The notes: generated by a model not told the origin, from the sequence alone. A stretch of 64,000 nt of DNA from Callorhinchus milii (GCF_018977255.1 NW_024704751.1:8432001-8496000), one strand, 5' to 3'; counted from the stretch's first letter, positions 37,851 through 51,135 are shown. Made by a program: numbers and translations.

Positions 37851-40800
37851 GGTTTGTGCCTAAAAGACCAAATAACAACAACGTCAACATATTAGATAGA
37901 TTTCTGCCAGAAAATAATATCTGGGGATACAGTACAGAGTATGTTTCGCCTGCCCAATTCTTAAATTATAAATGACACTTGTCTAGCGCCTTTCACGTCC
38001 ATGGCGCTGGACAGTCAGGGATTTAAAGGGATTTAAAAAAATAAAGCATCATTAAAAAATGATGCTAAGGGGAAAGGGACAGAGGCATTGTCCGAGTTGC
38101 CATGCTTCGGATGAGATGTGAAACATCTGCCTGTTCAGGTGGATAGACCCAAAGCTCTATCCCAAATGGGCAAAGAGATTCTCCTGGTGTCCTAACCCCA
38201 GCCAACAATCTCCCAGGTAAAATTGGTCATTTCATGGTTAGCTGTGGAATTCTGCTGGGTGCAAATGTGCTTCCAAAAAAGAAAAAAACACCCTCGCAAT
38301 TTGATCGCTCCTTTCACATCACATGGCCCTTTCAAAGCGCTTCACGGGATTTGCTGTCACGTGGACCGACTGTATATTTTGTAGGTGAACCCAGCCACCA
38401 ATTTGTGCACAGAAATGTCCTCCCCAAGCAGCTATGAAGTGAATGAGTGATTTTATCTAGGGATTGTCAGCCAGGACACCAGGAGAATACACAGTCACTA
38501 CACCTAAGAGCAATCTCCAGTGAGATATTATTGGGGCGAGATCAAAAGCAGGGATTATTATCTGTATATATACATACACATTAAACTTAGTGGGACATTG
38601 CTGTTCGCAAACTAGCGTCCGCATTTGCCCACAAAACATACAGTGAAATACTTGGAGATGCCTCCATCATGTGCTCAGGTGCTGTATCAACTGCAAGGAT
38701 TATTGTTATTCTGAATAATATTCTTATTATTAATAGTAATAAATAACCTTTTAAATCTTTACGTCGCAAACTGTAAACTTTTATTCTTTTCCACCAGATA
38801 TTCAATAAGCTCTTCTTCAGTTTCTCCCGTCTGAGGAAATTACAGGGCAAATCTTCCTGCATCAGAGTGTTACTAAAAATAATTCCCCCTTTTACCAGCC
38901 TGTGGCTGAGACCTGAGACTTGAGTTCTCTGATGTAAGACAGAGCAACAGATACATTTGGTTTTGCAGGGAAACATCAACTGAGATCCCCTACTGACAAA
39001 AAAAAACACCTTGAAATGAGTAGGAGAGAGAGTGACACCAATTTAGTAGTGCTTATCTTACATGAATCCAAAAAAGACATGAGTTTCGTTATCTCCTGTT
39101 TCTGAAGCTTTTATAATCATTTTCAGTGCATTGTATTGTGCTGTATTGCGCGATCTGTGGCTGGACAGTCGCAGTAAGTCCTGTCGTGTAGTGGTTGGCG
39201 AGCTCGCCTCTTATAAGGCACTATATCAGATGCAATGATTATTATTATTATATTATTATCCGCTGCAGGGCATGTATACCAGACGGTGACCTCCAGAATC
39301 TCCCGCAATGTAAAGGGTGAAATTTTGGGGGAAAATAAAACCGAACTCAATAATAATAATCCTTGCATTCGATACTGCGCCTTATCATGTCATTGAGATG
39401 TCTCAAAGCGTTTCGTAGAATATCCTGTGACGTAGATTGATTGACTGTGTATTTTGTGGGAAAAATAAAAAATGCCTTTTTTTTAAGAAACTCTCCAATT
39501 AGTCATTTGCAACTTGTGCTGATTTATTTTAACTACCTGTTTGCTGGTGTGTTCTTTTACAATAAATCGGCGTCATGAAGAAAGCAGAATAGTCCAGCTT
39601 GTGTTGACAGGGGAAGACACTCTCAGCGGAGATTATGCAATGAGTTGCAAATAAAGAGGAACTTTGAGCTCAACATCACTCAGAGTGGGATCCAGAAGAG
39701 CAGAAATAGGAGGCAATCCAAAATAAACAGGGGTGATCCGGGGAAATCCTACCCGGTACCAGGTTTCCTTACAATCAAATACCATACAATAAATAACAGT
39801 CAGAAGGAGAAAGGATTCTAAAATCCCTTTCTCACTAAAACTAGCTCAGACTCACATCTTTACAAACGCATAGCCGTGGACTTTACGTTAAAACCAGCGT
39901 GTTCTGAGAAATCAGTCGTTTTCTGTGGGAAAGGCGAGTGGGGGAGGGGGGAATTGTCACGGGGGATTTTTGATGGGTGGAAGCAGAGTTGCAAGGAGTG
40001 AAAATAATAATAATAACTCCTCGCATTTGATATAGTGCTGTATCGCGTCTTCAAGACGTCTCAAAGCGCTTCACAGGATATACCGTAAAGCGAGCTGCCT
40101 GCGTATTTTGTGGGCGAAACGTGGCAGGCGTCCACATTGCTAAATACACTGAACAACTTTACTCTCTGTGACTTCTAGTGTATCTCTAAAGACACCTGGC
40201 TCAATGCGACAGTTCATTTACTACCTGAGTATAGCGCCTCTAGTCCCAGTGGCCTGTCCCCGTTTACTGCCCCCGGTTTGTCCGTTATCTTTTTATCAGT
40301 GAGACCTGATTTATTTCCTCATCTCAACCCCAAATGCAATCTCTGTGATGGAATCCCAGCTTTGGCTTCCTTTGAGGACCCTGAGCTGAACCCATCGTTG
40401 AGTAGATCCTCCCTTCTCTGTTCACTCCCATCTCGTCCTCCATTGAGACCTTTTAGCGTATCCACTGCCCACTGCAAGTCGAACACAGCAGAGGAGGGTT
40501 CCACTAAGCGATGCCTTTTGGATTAGATATTAAACCGAAATGTCTACCTGTTCAGGTGGACATTAAAGATCAATAAGAAAGGCAAGCAATCCCTCAGACA
40601 ACATCAGTCGTTCACTTCATGGCAGTTTGTGGGACATTGTTGTGCGTAAATTTTCTACTGCGCTGCCTACAAATACACAGTTACTACTCTTGACAGGAAT
40701 TTTCTCCTTTGAGACACTGTAGGCACGGTATCAAATAGGTGATCCTCCTGATGTGAGAAGTGTATCATATAACCAAATGCAAGGATCATCATTATTACTA

Positions 40801-42189
40801 TTATTATAAGTAAGGAATATTTCCTGCAACCTTCAGCCCATGTTTCACTTTGCTCTCACCCGTCACCAGTCTCTTCAGCTCCCGAGAAAATCTCCCGACC
40901 CAAGGCAAAAGCAACATTGGTTTGTGTGTTACCTGGTCAACCGTACAGATCATTGCAACAACCATAAAACCACTCTGTGGCTGTCACCAGTGGTGGTGCA
41001 CCGTGTGTTCCTCTTATGGAGGCAATCTCCATAAGAGGATGGATGGAGGCAATCTCCATACAACAACAACAACTTATATTTATATAGAGACCCTCACACA
41101 GGGTAGGGTCCCAGAGCTCTATACTAGGAGCGGTTTGAACCCTTCTAAAAGCTTTCTGTCAGTCTCGCCATTCAGGCGGACACCCTGCTAACACTACTTC
41201 AAAGCAACCTGGAGTCATTCTCCCAGTTTATCCTGATTTACGTCCACTCCTCATTCAAATTTTCACCCCCACCCCAAAAGAGGAGAGAGGATCTCTGTCT
41301 CAATGTCCTGGCTAACCATCTCCCAGTTCAAATTGGACATTCACTTCATGGCTGTTTACGGATCCCAAATTGGCCACTGTGTTCAGCTACAAAATGCACA
41401 GTCGTCGCACTTTACAATAAATAGAAAAGGAAAACGAAAATAAATAAATAGTTTCGTTCACAAAATATACAGTGAATCCACTTTACAATATGTTCTGTGA
41501 AGAGCTTTGCGACGTCTCAAAGACGTGATAAGGCGCCGTATCAAATGCAAGGATTATTAAAAGGAATCATTCTGAATGTAATATGTTTAATTAAATATTT
41601 GCCTTAGTTTTGATATACGTTTGCTTGAAGATATGAGTAGGTTCAAACAGCTGATTCCTGTATGTTACTTCAATCCACGGCTGTTTGTGGGGACGCTGCT
41701 GTGCGCAATTGGCTGCCACGTTTCGCCCATAAATATACAGTTCAATTCAATTCAATTCACTTTGCAGTATATTCTCTGACGAGCTTTGAGACGTCGAGAA
41801 GACATGATAAGGCGCTATATCAAATGCAAGGATTATTATTATACTGTAAAGCCATTTGGGATCTCCTATTGATGTGTAAATATTATTGTTGTTGTTTAAG
41901 GGATGTAGCTGTGGTAGATTGGTTAGGTAGGATGCTAAAACGACCCCCAAAATGTTCATTTCGCAGTAAAACGTGCTACATAAAAGCGAGTGACAAATGG
42001 TGAGCGTGACCTGCGATAGGTAGGCAAACATACTGGGGAGCCTGGTATCATTTTATGTTTGAATCAATAAACAATCTACAAATCAAACTGTGCGATTCTG
42101 AGAGACCTGAGGTATTGAAAACAAGAAGTAAAACTTGAGGTTTGGGGAAAATTTTAAAAATAATGACTTTCGTATGTGGGTTGAATGTT

Positions 42190-42328
42190 CTAATAAAAGC
42201 GAGGAGGCAACCCTCGGAATCAAAGCAAAGCCAGCAACCAGAGGGATCCACAGCTTTTACTCACACGCCAATCCGGGCAGAAAACGCAAAGCGAAGAAAT
42301 CTTCGAACCTCAGACACCAGCTGCGAAG
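42190..42328 (+). promoter_or_regulatory. Putative promoter and non-coding first exon of the cytokine gene
   Basis: TATA-like taataaaag at ~42191, an ATG-free stretch ending at a strong donor AAG|gtaagg (42328/42329), and a matching acceptor ttcttacag at 43452, 11 nt before the ATG. Confidence 0.45.
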
Positions 42329-43463
42329 GTAAGGCGATGTAACAGTTCAGTGCTGGGCAAGTGATGGTCACGTCTGCCTGTGTCCTGGCGACTCTTCAGG
42401 ATGGTATAAAGAAGTTCTTTAAGAGCAAACACGTTGATTGAGTAATTAAGTCATTAAATTAGGAAGGAGTGAGCTGGATATTCAAGAGGATTAACCAAAC
42501 CTCACAAGTGGAGAATTCTCCGTAGCTAGCAAAGCGACCCATCTCAGGATGGGCAACAAGAGGCAAGTTTATCCAGGAACAGATTAGTATTGCGATGGGA
42601 AGGCGTGACCTGTTGGGAGCGAGCATCTTTCGATTGTGTTTGTCACTACGGCTCTATCTGCTGTTGTCCCCTGTGTGTTTGTAGATATCCCATCTCCCTC
42701 TGTAGACTAGAGAGCCCAGGTTTACCACTGACCACAGGGAGACCAAGTGTATGCTTGCGAAAAGGGTTTCTAAGAAAATCTGATTCAAAGTCCTTATAGT
42801 AAATTAGTCCTGATCCTTCAGATTGGAGATTTAAACCAACGGTGGAAACCATTGTCTTTGCAAAGCTAAGGAGCTCTGCGTGTTTATTCACTTGCAGGTG
42901 GGCAAGACCCACACTTTGTGTTTCTATTCAGAATGATTTCTTTCCTCTGGTCTCTTTGTTGGGAACTTTTCACTCCACAGTTCAGAGGCACCAATATATA
43001 CAAAAAGATATTGTTGCTGTTGTTCCCCCCCTTTTCTCCTCGCTCTCTCTCATCCCCATCCCTCTCAGAGAGAGAAATCTGAACAAAATGGTGATGTTGG
43101 GCAAGTTTCATTACTCCACACGCCTCTGATTACCGAGCAGTAAGTAGGAACCCAGTTGTTAGTCGATTAGGGGATCGCTTTTCTGGGGGTAATGATCCTT
43201 CCAAAGAAATTATAATTTGGTCACTCAATCCATGACTGTTTGTGGGACGCTGCTGTGTGCAATTGGCTGCCGCATTTCAGCCACAAAAAATACAATCGAT
43301 TCGCTTTACAGTATATTTGTGAAGGGCTTTGAGACGTCTCGAAGACGTGATAAGGCGCTGTAGCAAATGCAAGGATTATTATTATTATTTTTATGATGAT
43401 GATGATGTGGCCTCTACTGAAATGATATATCAAGTGATTTGGTTTCTTACAGATTACACAATA

Positions 43464-45082
43464 ATGGCCGTCTTCTTCTTACTTCTCCTGTCTCTCACTG
43501 AGCTGGTCCTCAGTGCTCCTACTGACCCCAACGCCCTCAACCTTTCCTTCCACCAGAGCCTGAATCTCTCCAGGAAAATCTTGCAGGATGTTCAACATCT
43601 GCTTCTGAAATACGTAAGAGTCGTCTATTTCTCTTCAATCCATTGTTAAAATGAAATGTTGAGGCACATGGTTTAAAGAAAATAAAGAGGCTAACACGTC
43701 ACAAGATGAGGTTTAAAGGTGGTCCCTTCACACTGAAAGGCAGATGTCCATCAGATAGCCAATGAGGAAACTCTGAGGCTTAGGACATCAGCTGCCAGCA
43801 GGTGCTACCTGGAGTCCAGGTTCATGAACACATGTTCATATAGTACTTGGAATCCACCTTGATTGGTTTGCAAAGAGATAAATAGCTGGTGCTCAAACTC
43901 TGCACCTCCAACTGGTGGAATCATGGCTCGCTGGGAAGAGACACTTACTGACTACAAACCTGACCGTTGTTTAGTATTTATACGTAGGGTTTTGCATTTT
44001 GCTTTTCAGAAACAAGAGAAGATTGGAAACCCTTCTTTTGAAGATTATAACCTCATGTTGGGAAGTCTACCGTCCTGCCAGGTTGATTACAGGAGCTGGT
44101 TGGAACAACAGGTAACAAACAACTCACCCACTCACCCCTCGCCTCGCTCCCCCTCTCTCCCCTCTGCCCAATATCCCACGTATTCTCCACAACCTCCTGG
44201 GTACCAACCTAAAACCTATCTGCTCTCTGTTAGGATGAGGAGAGACTGCTGCTGAATTGTCGGGATCTCCAGGTGTTTTGGATGCACGTAGACACCAAAC
44301 GGGTCCATGAGCTCGGGCAGAGCCAGGATTCAGCATTGCTGGAATCTATGGAAGCCATTTCGTTGGACCTCAGAGATCTGATATCTCAACTCAACTCCCA
44401 GGTACCCATTGAGCTGTGGATCTGATGTCAGGGCGCGGAGAGCTGGGATGTGTGGATGCAATTAATAAAAAGTAGTGGAATGTGTGAACTCTTCAAACCT
44501 AACCGAGGCCAAAAGATTAGCAAACTGGAGTCTTTGTTACCAACTGGTCTAAACTTCACACATCGTCCGGGCGCTTTGGAAAACAACAGCAAACAACGTT
44601 TGTATGGGGCCTTTCACGTCGGGAGGACGTCCCAAGGCACTGGACAGTCAGGGATTTGGCCCAAGCTGGGGCGGGGGTGGGGGGGAGGGATCAGGAGGGG
44701 TGGAGGACAGGGAGGATGGAAAAAGGAGAGGGAAGAAGGCGCAGTCGAAGAGGAAAGTCTTGAGAGGGAGGGGGAGCGGTGAAGGGCCTGTGGGATGGAA
44801 AAGAGGATCAAGAGTTGTGTCTTTTGGAAGAAACTTGCTTTGGTAGTTGTGCGTCTGATCATTCAGTGCCTGGATCCACGGTCTCTCTCTCTCTCTCCTG
44901 TGTTGCAGATCTCAGCCCTGAACGGTTCCTCTCCCGACACCTCGACCCTGACTCTCCCCAATGACGTGCTGAACCCACTGTACGACTGGCACAGCAGGTT
45001 GCAGGGTTACATCATCTTCAGAGACCTGGAGGTCTATCTGAACAAGGTGGTCCGGGACTTCACTGTCTTGAAGAAACACTGA
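43464..45082 (+). CDS. Secreted long-chain four-helix cytokine of the IL-6/IL-12 family, most like IL-27 alpha (p28); 4 coding exons, 197 aa
   Basis: Exons 43464-43613, 44010-44111, 44234-44401, 44909-45082, all phase 0. Signal peptide MAVFFLLLLSLTELVLS/APT. Helix A SFHQSLNLSRKILQDVQHLLLKY; LPSCQVDYRSWLEQQDEERL; MEAISLDLRDLISQLNSQ; helix D WHSRLQGYIIFRDLEVYLNKVVRDFTVL. These parallel recalled human p28 segments (SLHLARKLLSEV, LPDVSLTFQAWRRLSDPERL, AMRLDLRDLQRHL, LELVLSRAVRELLLL). Confidence 0.85.
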
Positions 45083-45289
45083 GAAGGAATGAGGACGGGT
45101 GCACAATCCTATCAGTGTCACTGCCAATCGCTTCCTCCCCCCCCCCCCCCCCCAAAACCCCTCCACCATGATTCTTGTGGCTGTCTCCCTGAAGGTCACT
45201 CACTGATTTTTTTTCTGACCTCATGTGTTCACGGTGCTTACAGCTCTTGTGTTGAATTCCACTTGCTGCCCGAGCTGATTGTGATAAAT

Positions 45290-45370
45290 TAATCTATTTA
45301 AAGATACGAGATATTATGTATCTGACATATTTATGAATTTTGTAACTAAATTATTTTATTTAAATAAACA
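45290..45370 (+). promoter_or_regulatory. AU-rich elements and polyadenylation signal in the cytokine 3' UTR
   Basis: ATTTA at ~45296, ~45329 and ~45358; AATAAA at ~45363. Confidence 0.6.
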
Positions 45371-48176
45371 GTTTGCATTTTATGTTCTGGATGACGAGTC
45401 TTGTTTTTTCGTAGCTTTGGTCTGGTTCAAACCCTCGTGTTTCAGTAGAGCCTGAAAGCTCTGTTGTCCCTCATCTCAGCTTTGCATTCGCCCACAAAAT
45501 ACGCAGTCACTTCACAGTATATCTTGTGACGCGCTTTGGGACGTCTCGAAGACCTGATAAGGTGCTGTATTAAATGCAAGGATTATTATGTCTTCTGACA
45601 GAACTGAATTTTTTTAAGCGTAAAGCCTCTGAGAAGAGATATACCAATGAAAACATCTCAAAGCGCTTCACAGGGAATTACTGTTTCAAACGCAGTTTTT
45701 CCACAGGAGATCCCATAAACAGCCATAGGGTGAATGAGCAATTTATTTGGGGGACTACTAGCTGGGACACTTGGAGAACCTCCCTTTTCTTTTCCAATCA
45801 TGCTAAGTTTGCCTTCAAACACACAGTCATTACATTTCACATATGAAGAATTCTCAGTTTGGTTTGCATACTCTTAAGCACAGTGATGGATGGGTTTTGC
45901 AAGTATCAGACACCTGTCTGACCAAAGAAAACACCTCACACTAAAATTCCTGTGAAGTGCTTTGAGGCGTTTATGACGAAGTGATAAGGCATTTCATCAA
46001 ACACAAGGATTGTTACTATGGTGTCACGGATTATAATAGGAGATTAATTCCAAGATCCATTTCCTATTCTAGATCTGGGGCTCAGTGTGTTAGGGACACA
46101 CAAAGAGGAAGATGTTCCATCTGTCCTCTCATACCGTTGAGGCGATCAGACAGCAGTGTGTCCGTCAGAGGAAAGCCAAAGATTGTGGAAAGAGCACACC
46201 AGAGCTCACTGGTTTGAATCAAGCCATTCAGTATTAATCACATAATCCTGACATTTGATAGAGGATTTACTGTAAAGTGTAGTGATCGGGTACTTGTAGG
46301 CAAATGCAGCGGTCAGTTTAATCCGTGAAGTGAATGACCAATTTTATCTGGGGGAGAATAACTTTATGAGTAGGGCATTGAGATCTTTAACTTCACCTCT
46401 ATCTTTGGTGTTGGTTGAATGACAATGGTGCACTCCCCCAGCACAGCACAGCGGGGTCAGTGTGGACTTCTGTGAGTTCAAAGACCCCAATGTGGGGGCT
46501 TGAACCCACAACCTTCAGGTTCAGAGGGTATAATGTTACCAACTGAGCCTGGCTACCTCCCAACGGGTCCAGGTAAAGCAAGTGGTTTCAGTGGGAGAAA
46601 CTTACTTTCCCTTCACCAAGCCAAGCAAAGATCTCAAATCCTACACAGAACAGTCCAAAGGAAGTCTACAGGAAAAACATGAATGCTCAGTAACATGATA
46701 CATATTTCTTTTCAAAAAGAAAACCGTGTGACTGATTACAAGCAATATGGAGATCGCCAGAGATACAGCGCAGAACGGAGAAGAAATTGGTTTAAAGATG
46801 TGAAAAAGGAAGTGAGAGAAGATGCGGGGTCAGGCTCTGCCCGGACACCAACAAATAAGTTATCGCTAGTGACAAAGGCAGAAGTTCTCGCGGTTAAATC
46901 TATTTTGCTGCTCTGGTTGGAAAGTGGCTGATGTCAACATCTTTTGTTTGGAACAAGATGGTTTCTGGACTTTCTCTCGGTGGGAAGTGTTGTTATTATT
47001 GATTAAGCAAAAACACCACTCGTTGATACAAAAATGTAAGAGGCAGTTTCGAGTGGTCAAAGGAAAAGACTCTTATATTTCAAAACAAAAATACATTTAA
47101 AAAATAATAATAATAATAATAATGGTAATAATTTGGTCACGCAATCAACAACTGTTTGTGGGACACTGCTGTGCGCAATTGGCTGCCGCATTCCGCCAAT
47201 CGACTAACAACTGTGCTCCTACTTACTGCTGGATTAAACAGAGGTGTGGGGAGTAAGGAACCTTGCCTAAGGTTTCGCCCCGCTCAGGAATCGAACCCGG
47301 GTCCTCTCGCTTGCAAGACGAGTGTGATAAACACTACGCTACAGGACTTCGCGAAAAGGCGCAATATCCAACGCAAGGATCATTATTATAAATATGTTTA
47401 TTATTATTATAATTTCGGCTCTTGTTGAGGTCTGTGATGTTTCTTTACCCAGGTTCCCTGCTGGTTTCAGATGAAAAGCCGGGGAAAAGTGTTCAGTCAA
47501 ACCGCTTCCTGTGCGACGCGAGATGGTGACTCAATGTGAGACAGAATGGTGATTGAATTGAGTTGGGTGACGTTACTCTGCTCCAGTTTCGGGCACACAT
47601 ACCACACCACCCTGGCAAAACACCCAGTGCGGAGAGTCTCTGAGCTGCATCGATCTCAGTCTGGATATGAGCAGTAGATTCCAGGTCATTTCGAAGAGGA
47701 AGCGAAGAAACAGTTGAAATACCAGGGTCAGTGTATCAGCGTTTAATGTGAGATTCGGGAATATTAGGGGGGGTTTAACCGTTAATTTCACAGAGTGTTA
47801 TTGCGACTGAAATATTGCAACTTCTGTTGCGACTAAAAACAGAAGTCGCCGGGAACACGAAAGGCCATCGACCCGAAACGTGAACTCACTTTCCTCTCTC
47901 TATTGATGCTGCCTGACCCGCTGAGCATTCCCAGCGACTTCTGTTATTTTATTATTATTATCCATTAGGGCTTTGGCTTGCAGGGTTAACGGGAGCTGAG
48001 TGGGAAAAGTCTGTGGCCCCAATTGACTGGTCGATGAGCCAGGTTGGGCTGGTCTGTCATCAGCAATGAATGCCCTGGAATACTGTGGCCCCTCCTGAAA
48101 CCGAACTGCAGACCGTCACAGAGATTTGACTCAATCGCTGTTAGTGGGAAAGGGAGTGGGGGCGGGGTTCAGAAAC

Positions 48177-48790
48177 AACAACAACAACAACAACAAGATT
48201 AAATTTGTATAGCGCCTTTCACGTCGGGAGGATGCCCCAAGGCGCTGGGCAGAGTACTTTCAGACCCGAGCTGGGGTCAGGGGGGGAGAAGGGAGGGGAG
48301 GGGAAGGGGGGTTGGCCGATGGCGTGGTCGGAGAGGAGGGTCTTGAGGCGGGACTTGAAGGAGGCTAAGGAGGGGGTGAGGCGGAGTGATTGGGGGAAGG
48401 AATTCCACAGGTTGGGGGCAGAGTGGCTGAAGGCTCTCCCACCAATAGTGGGGCGGGTGGGTTGGGGGACGTGGAGCGGGCCGGAGCCGGCTGAGCGGGC
48501 GGGTTGGTAGGGGGTTAGGAGGTCACAGAGGTAGGGTGGGGCGAGGCCAAGGAGGGCTTTGTAGGTGAGGACCAGGATCTTGAAGGATAAGGAGCCAATG
48601 GAGTCGGGCGAGAGTGGGGGAGATGGGGAGTTTGGTGCGGGAGAGGACACGAGCTGCAGAGTTCTGGATTATCTGCAGCCTGCGGAGGGAGGAGTTGGGA
48701 AGGCCGACAAGCCGGGCGTTTGCGCAGTCGAGCCTGGAGGTGATGAAGGCGTGAACAAGAAAAGCACGGACGCGAACCACTGGTAGGTGG
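48177..48790 (-). mobile_element. L2-clade LINE 3' fragment (ORF2 C-terminus, 3' UTR, (TTG)n tail)
   Basis: Minus-strand peptides LVHAFITSRLDCANARLVGLPNSSLRRLQIIQNSAARV and FKILVLTYKALLGLAPPYLCDLLTPYQPARS...GGRAFSHSAPNLWNS...FKSRLKTLL are typical of L2 ORF2. Frameshifted. Confidence 0.9.
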
Positions 48791-50666
48791 TGTGAGGATA
48801 CAGCCGCAGTACCCTGTGGACGCTGACCGGATTTTTACCAGTGACCCGCCGCCGCATGTTCGGTCAGCGTAAGATAATGTCACGAAAGTGGCTTGGGTTT
48901 CGGCGGTGAGCCGTCATGGCCACCAGGGGACGCCTGGTCCGAGCCGGGCGGGCATTAGGTTCACTTTAATTGAACAAGACTTTGTGTTTGTCAAAGTTAC
49001 TGTCCGCCAGATCCCCAGTGAAACTCATCCCAACAATCCAACAAAGCAGCTCTGTGACTCCAGTACACAGCTCAGATCCAGTGTCCTCAAAGGGGAGCTT
49101 CTCCCCCTGTGTCCTGGCCCACAATCCAACACATAATAGTAATAATAATAATAATTAATAATAATAATAATTAATAACCCTTGCATTCGATATAGTGACT
49201 TGTCACATCTTTGCGACGTCTCAAAGCGCATCGCAGAAATAGACTGTGAAGCGTAGTGACCGTGTACGTTTTTTTTTTTGAAAGTTCAGCCGTTCGCCTC
49301 CCGGTGCGGTGATGATCACGGAGACCGTCTGAAATCGTCTTATTTTAAAACGTTACTGTGTCTAATTGTTTTCTCATTTCCTGACCACTTACGTGTTATC
49401 TGGGGGCCAATTCCACAGGCTGTCGTCCACCGATGTCCTGGGGTGAAAGCTGCAGCTTTCTCGACCGCACCATCGCACCATCGCACCATCGGGCCTGAAA
49501 CTGCAACTTTACATCCGATACAGCATCCTTAACTTTGAAATATTGCAAAGTACGTCGCAGGGAATTGATGTAAACTGTGTGTTGCAGGCGGACGCCATTT
49601 GCGCGCAAGCGATAGTATAAAGCGGGCAACAAATTTCACCTGGGGGAGCATTGGCCAGGACACCAGGGGAAACTCCCTCTTCTTTTCCAATAGCTCCGCT
49701 GGATCTTTAATGTCCACCTGGCAGTTTGTCATCCTCTCTGAAAGCAGACACCTCGGCAATGCTCCTCTCAACCTAGAATCTCAATCTCGACTGTGAGCAC
49801 AAAGCCCCCAATATTCGCCTGCAAAAATACACAGCCACTACCCTTCACACCATATCCCGTGAAGCGCTCTGAGAGGTGCTCCTGACGTCAAATGTCAGGA
49901 TTATTATGATTATTACTGGCGGGCGTCCAGGGGTGGTGGGGAGCAGGTGGTGGGAGCGGGGAACCTTTTGCAGAGAGACTTGAAGCGCGGGAAAGAGATA
50001 ATATTGAGAAAGCTAAGCCGGTGCTAGAGCAGTCAGAGATATTCGCTGGCGTCTCTAAACCTTGTTTGGAATAACACTGCTCGCAAGCGTGACCTAGAAC
50101 AGCGAAACACAAGATAACACAGCAAGCGATCCAAGCTGAAGGCTTCTCTCTCGCTGCCGTGAGCCAGCAAAGCTCTGACACCAGGCAATGGACAGCGGGG
50201 GTGAGAGCTCACCTGGATCAGTCACTCACACTCTGGGTCAGGAGATCGGAAGGGGTTTGGTGGGGGGGGAGGCATGAGTTCAAGCCCCCATGTCGGGGGC
50301 TTTGAGCTCACAGGCCAGGCGATGCTCCAGCCAGTATTAAGGGGGAAGCGCTGCATTGGCGGAGGTGTTAAACCATGGTCCCGGTCTCACCTGCCAGGTG
50401 CAGGTTAAAGATGCCTTAACACTGTTGGAAAAGAGGAACAAATTTCTCCTGATGTCCTGGTCAATTATCCAACAGATAAATCAATCATTCACCTCGTGGG
50501 TGTTAGTGAGTGAGGTGTTGCCGTGTGCAAATTGTCCGGGGGATTTGCTTTTACGCAAAGTCACAACAGGGAGACGGCAAAGTTGCTGTGAGTCCTTTGA
50601 GAGGTTACGCTGACGATTACTTTCTGCGTGGGGAGGAGATCGATGTTATCTGGGGACTTGCTCTTT

Positions 50667-51135
50667 GTGTGTGAGTGTGGTTACACTCTGTGTGTGAGTA
50701 CACTGTGTGCATGTGTGTGAGTACAGTGTGTGTGTGTGAGTGTGATAACACTGTGTGTGGGAGTACAGTGTGTGTGTGTGAGTGTGGTTACACTGTGCTG
50801 TGTGTGAGTGTGATAACACTGTGTGTGTGAGTACACTGTGTGTGTGTGAGTGTGGTCACACTGTGCTGTGTGTGAGTGTGATAACACTGTGTGTGTGAGT
50901 ACACTGTGTGTGTGTGAGTGTGGTCACACTGTGCTGTGTGTGAGTGCGATAACACTGTGTGTGTGAGTACACTGTGTGAGTGTGAGTGTGGTCACACTGT
51001 GTGCGTGTGAGTGTGGTCACACTGTGTGAGTGTGGTGACACTGTATGAGTGTGAGTGTGGTCACACTGTGTGCGTGTGAGTGTGGTCACACTGTGTGAGT
51101 GTGAGTGTGGTGACACTGTGTGAGTGTGGTTACAC
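50667..51135. repeat. GT-rich minisatellite (gtgtgagtgtggtcacactgt-like units)
   Basis: Visible tandem repetition. Confidence 0.9.

Noticed and set aside
40228-40250. CTCF-like motif (tatagcgcctctagtcc) between SCARF1 and the cytokine
   Set aside because: Only an imperfect match; cannot be supported without a matrix scan or ChIP data.
36000-42100. An additional gene (e.g. RILP) between SCARF1 and the cytokine
   Set aside because: No coherent exon chain found; the region is mostly SINE/LINE remnants and possibly SCARF1 3' UTR.
47845-47950. Possible Penelope-like repeat remnant (gacccgaaacg...gatgctgcctgacccgctgag)
   Set aside because: Single short copy recognised only from memory; too weak to annotate.
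50667-51135. CRISPR-like repeat array
   Set aside because: Low-complexity minisatellite with no unique spacers, in a vertebrate genome.
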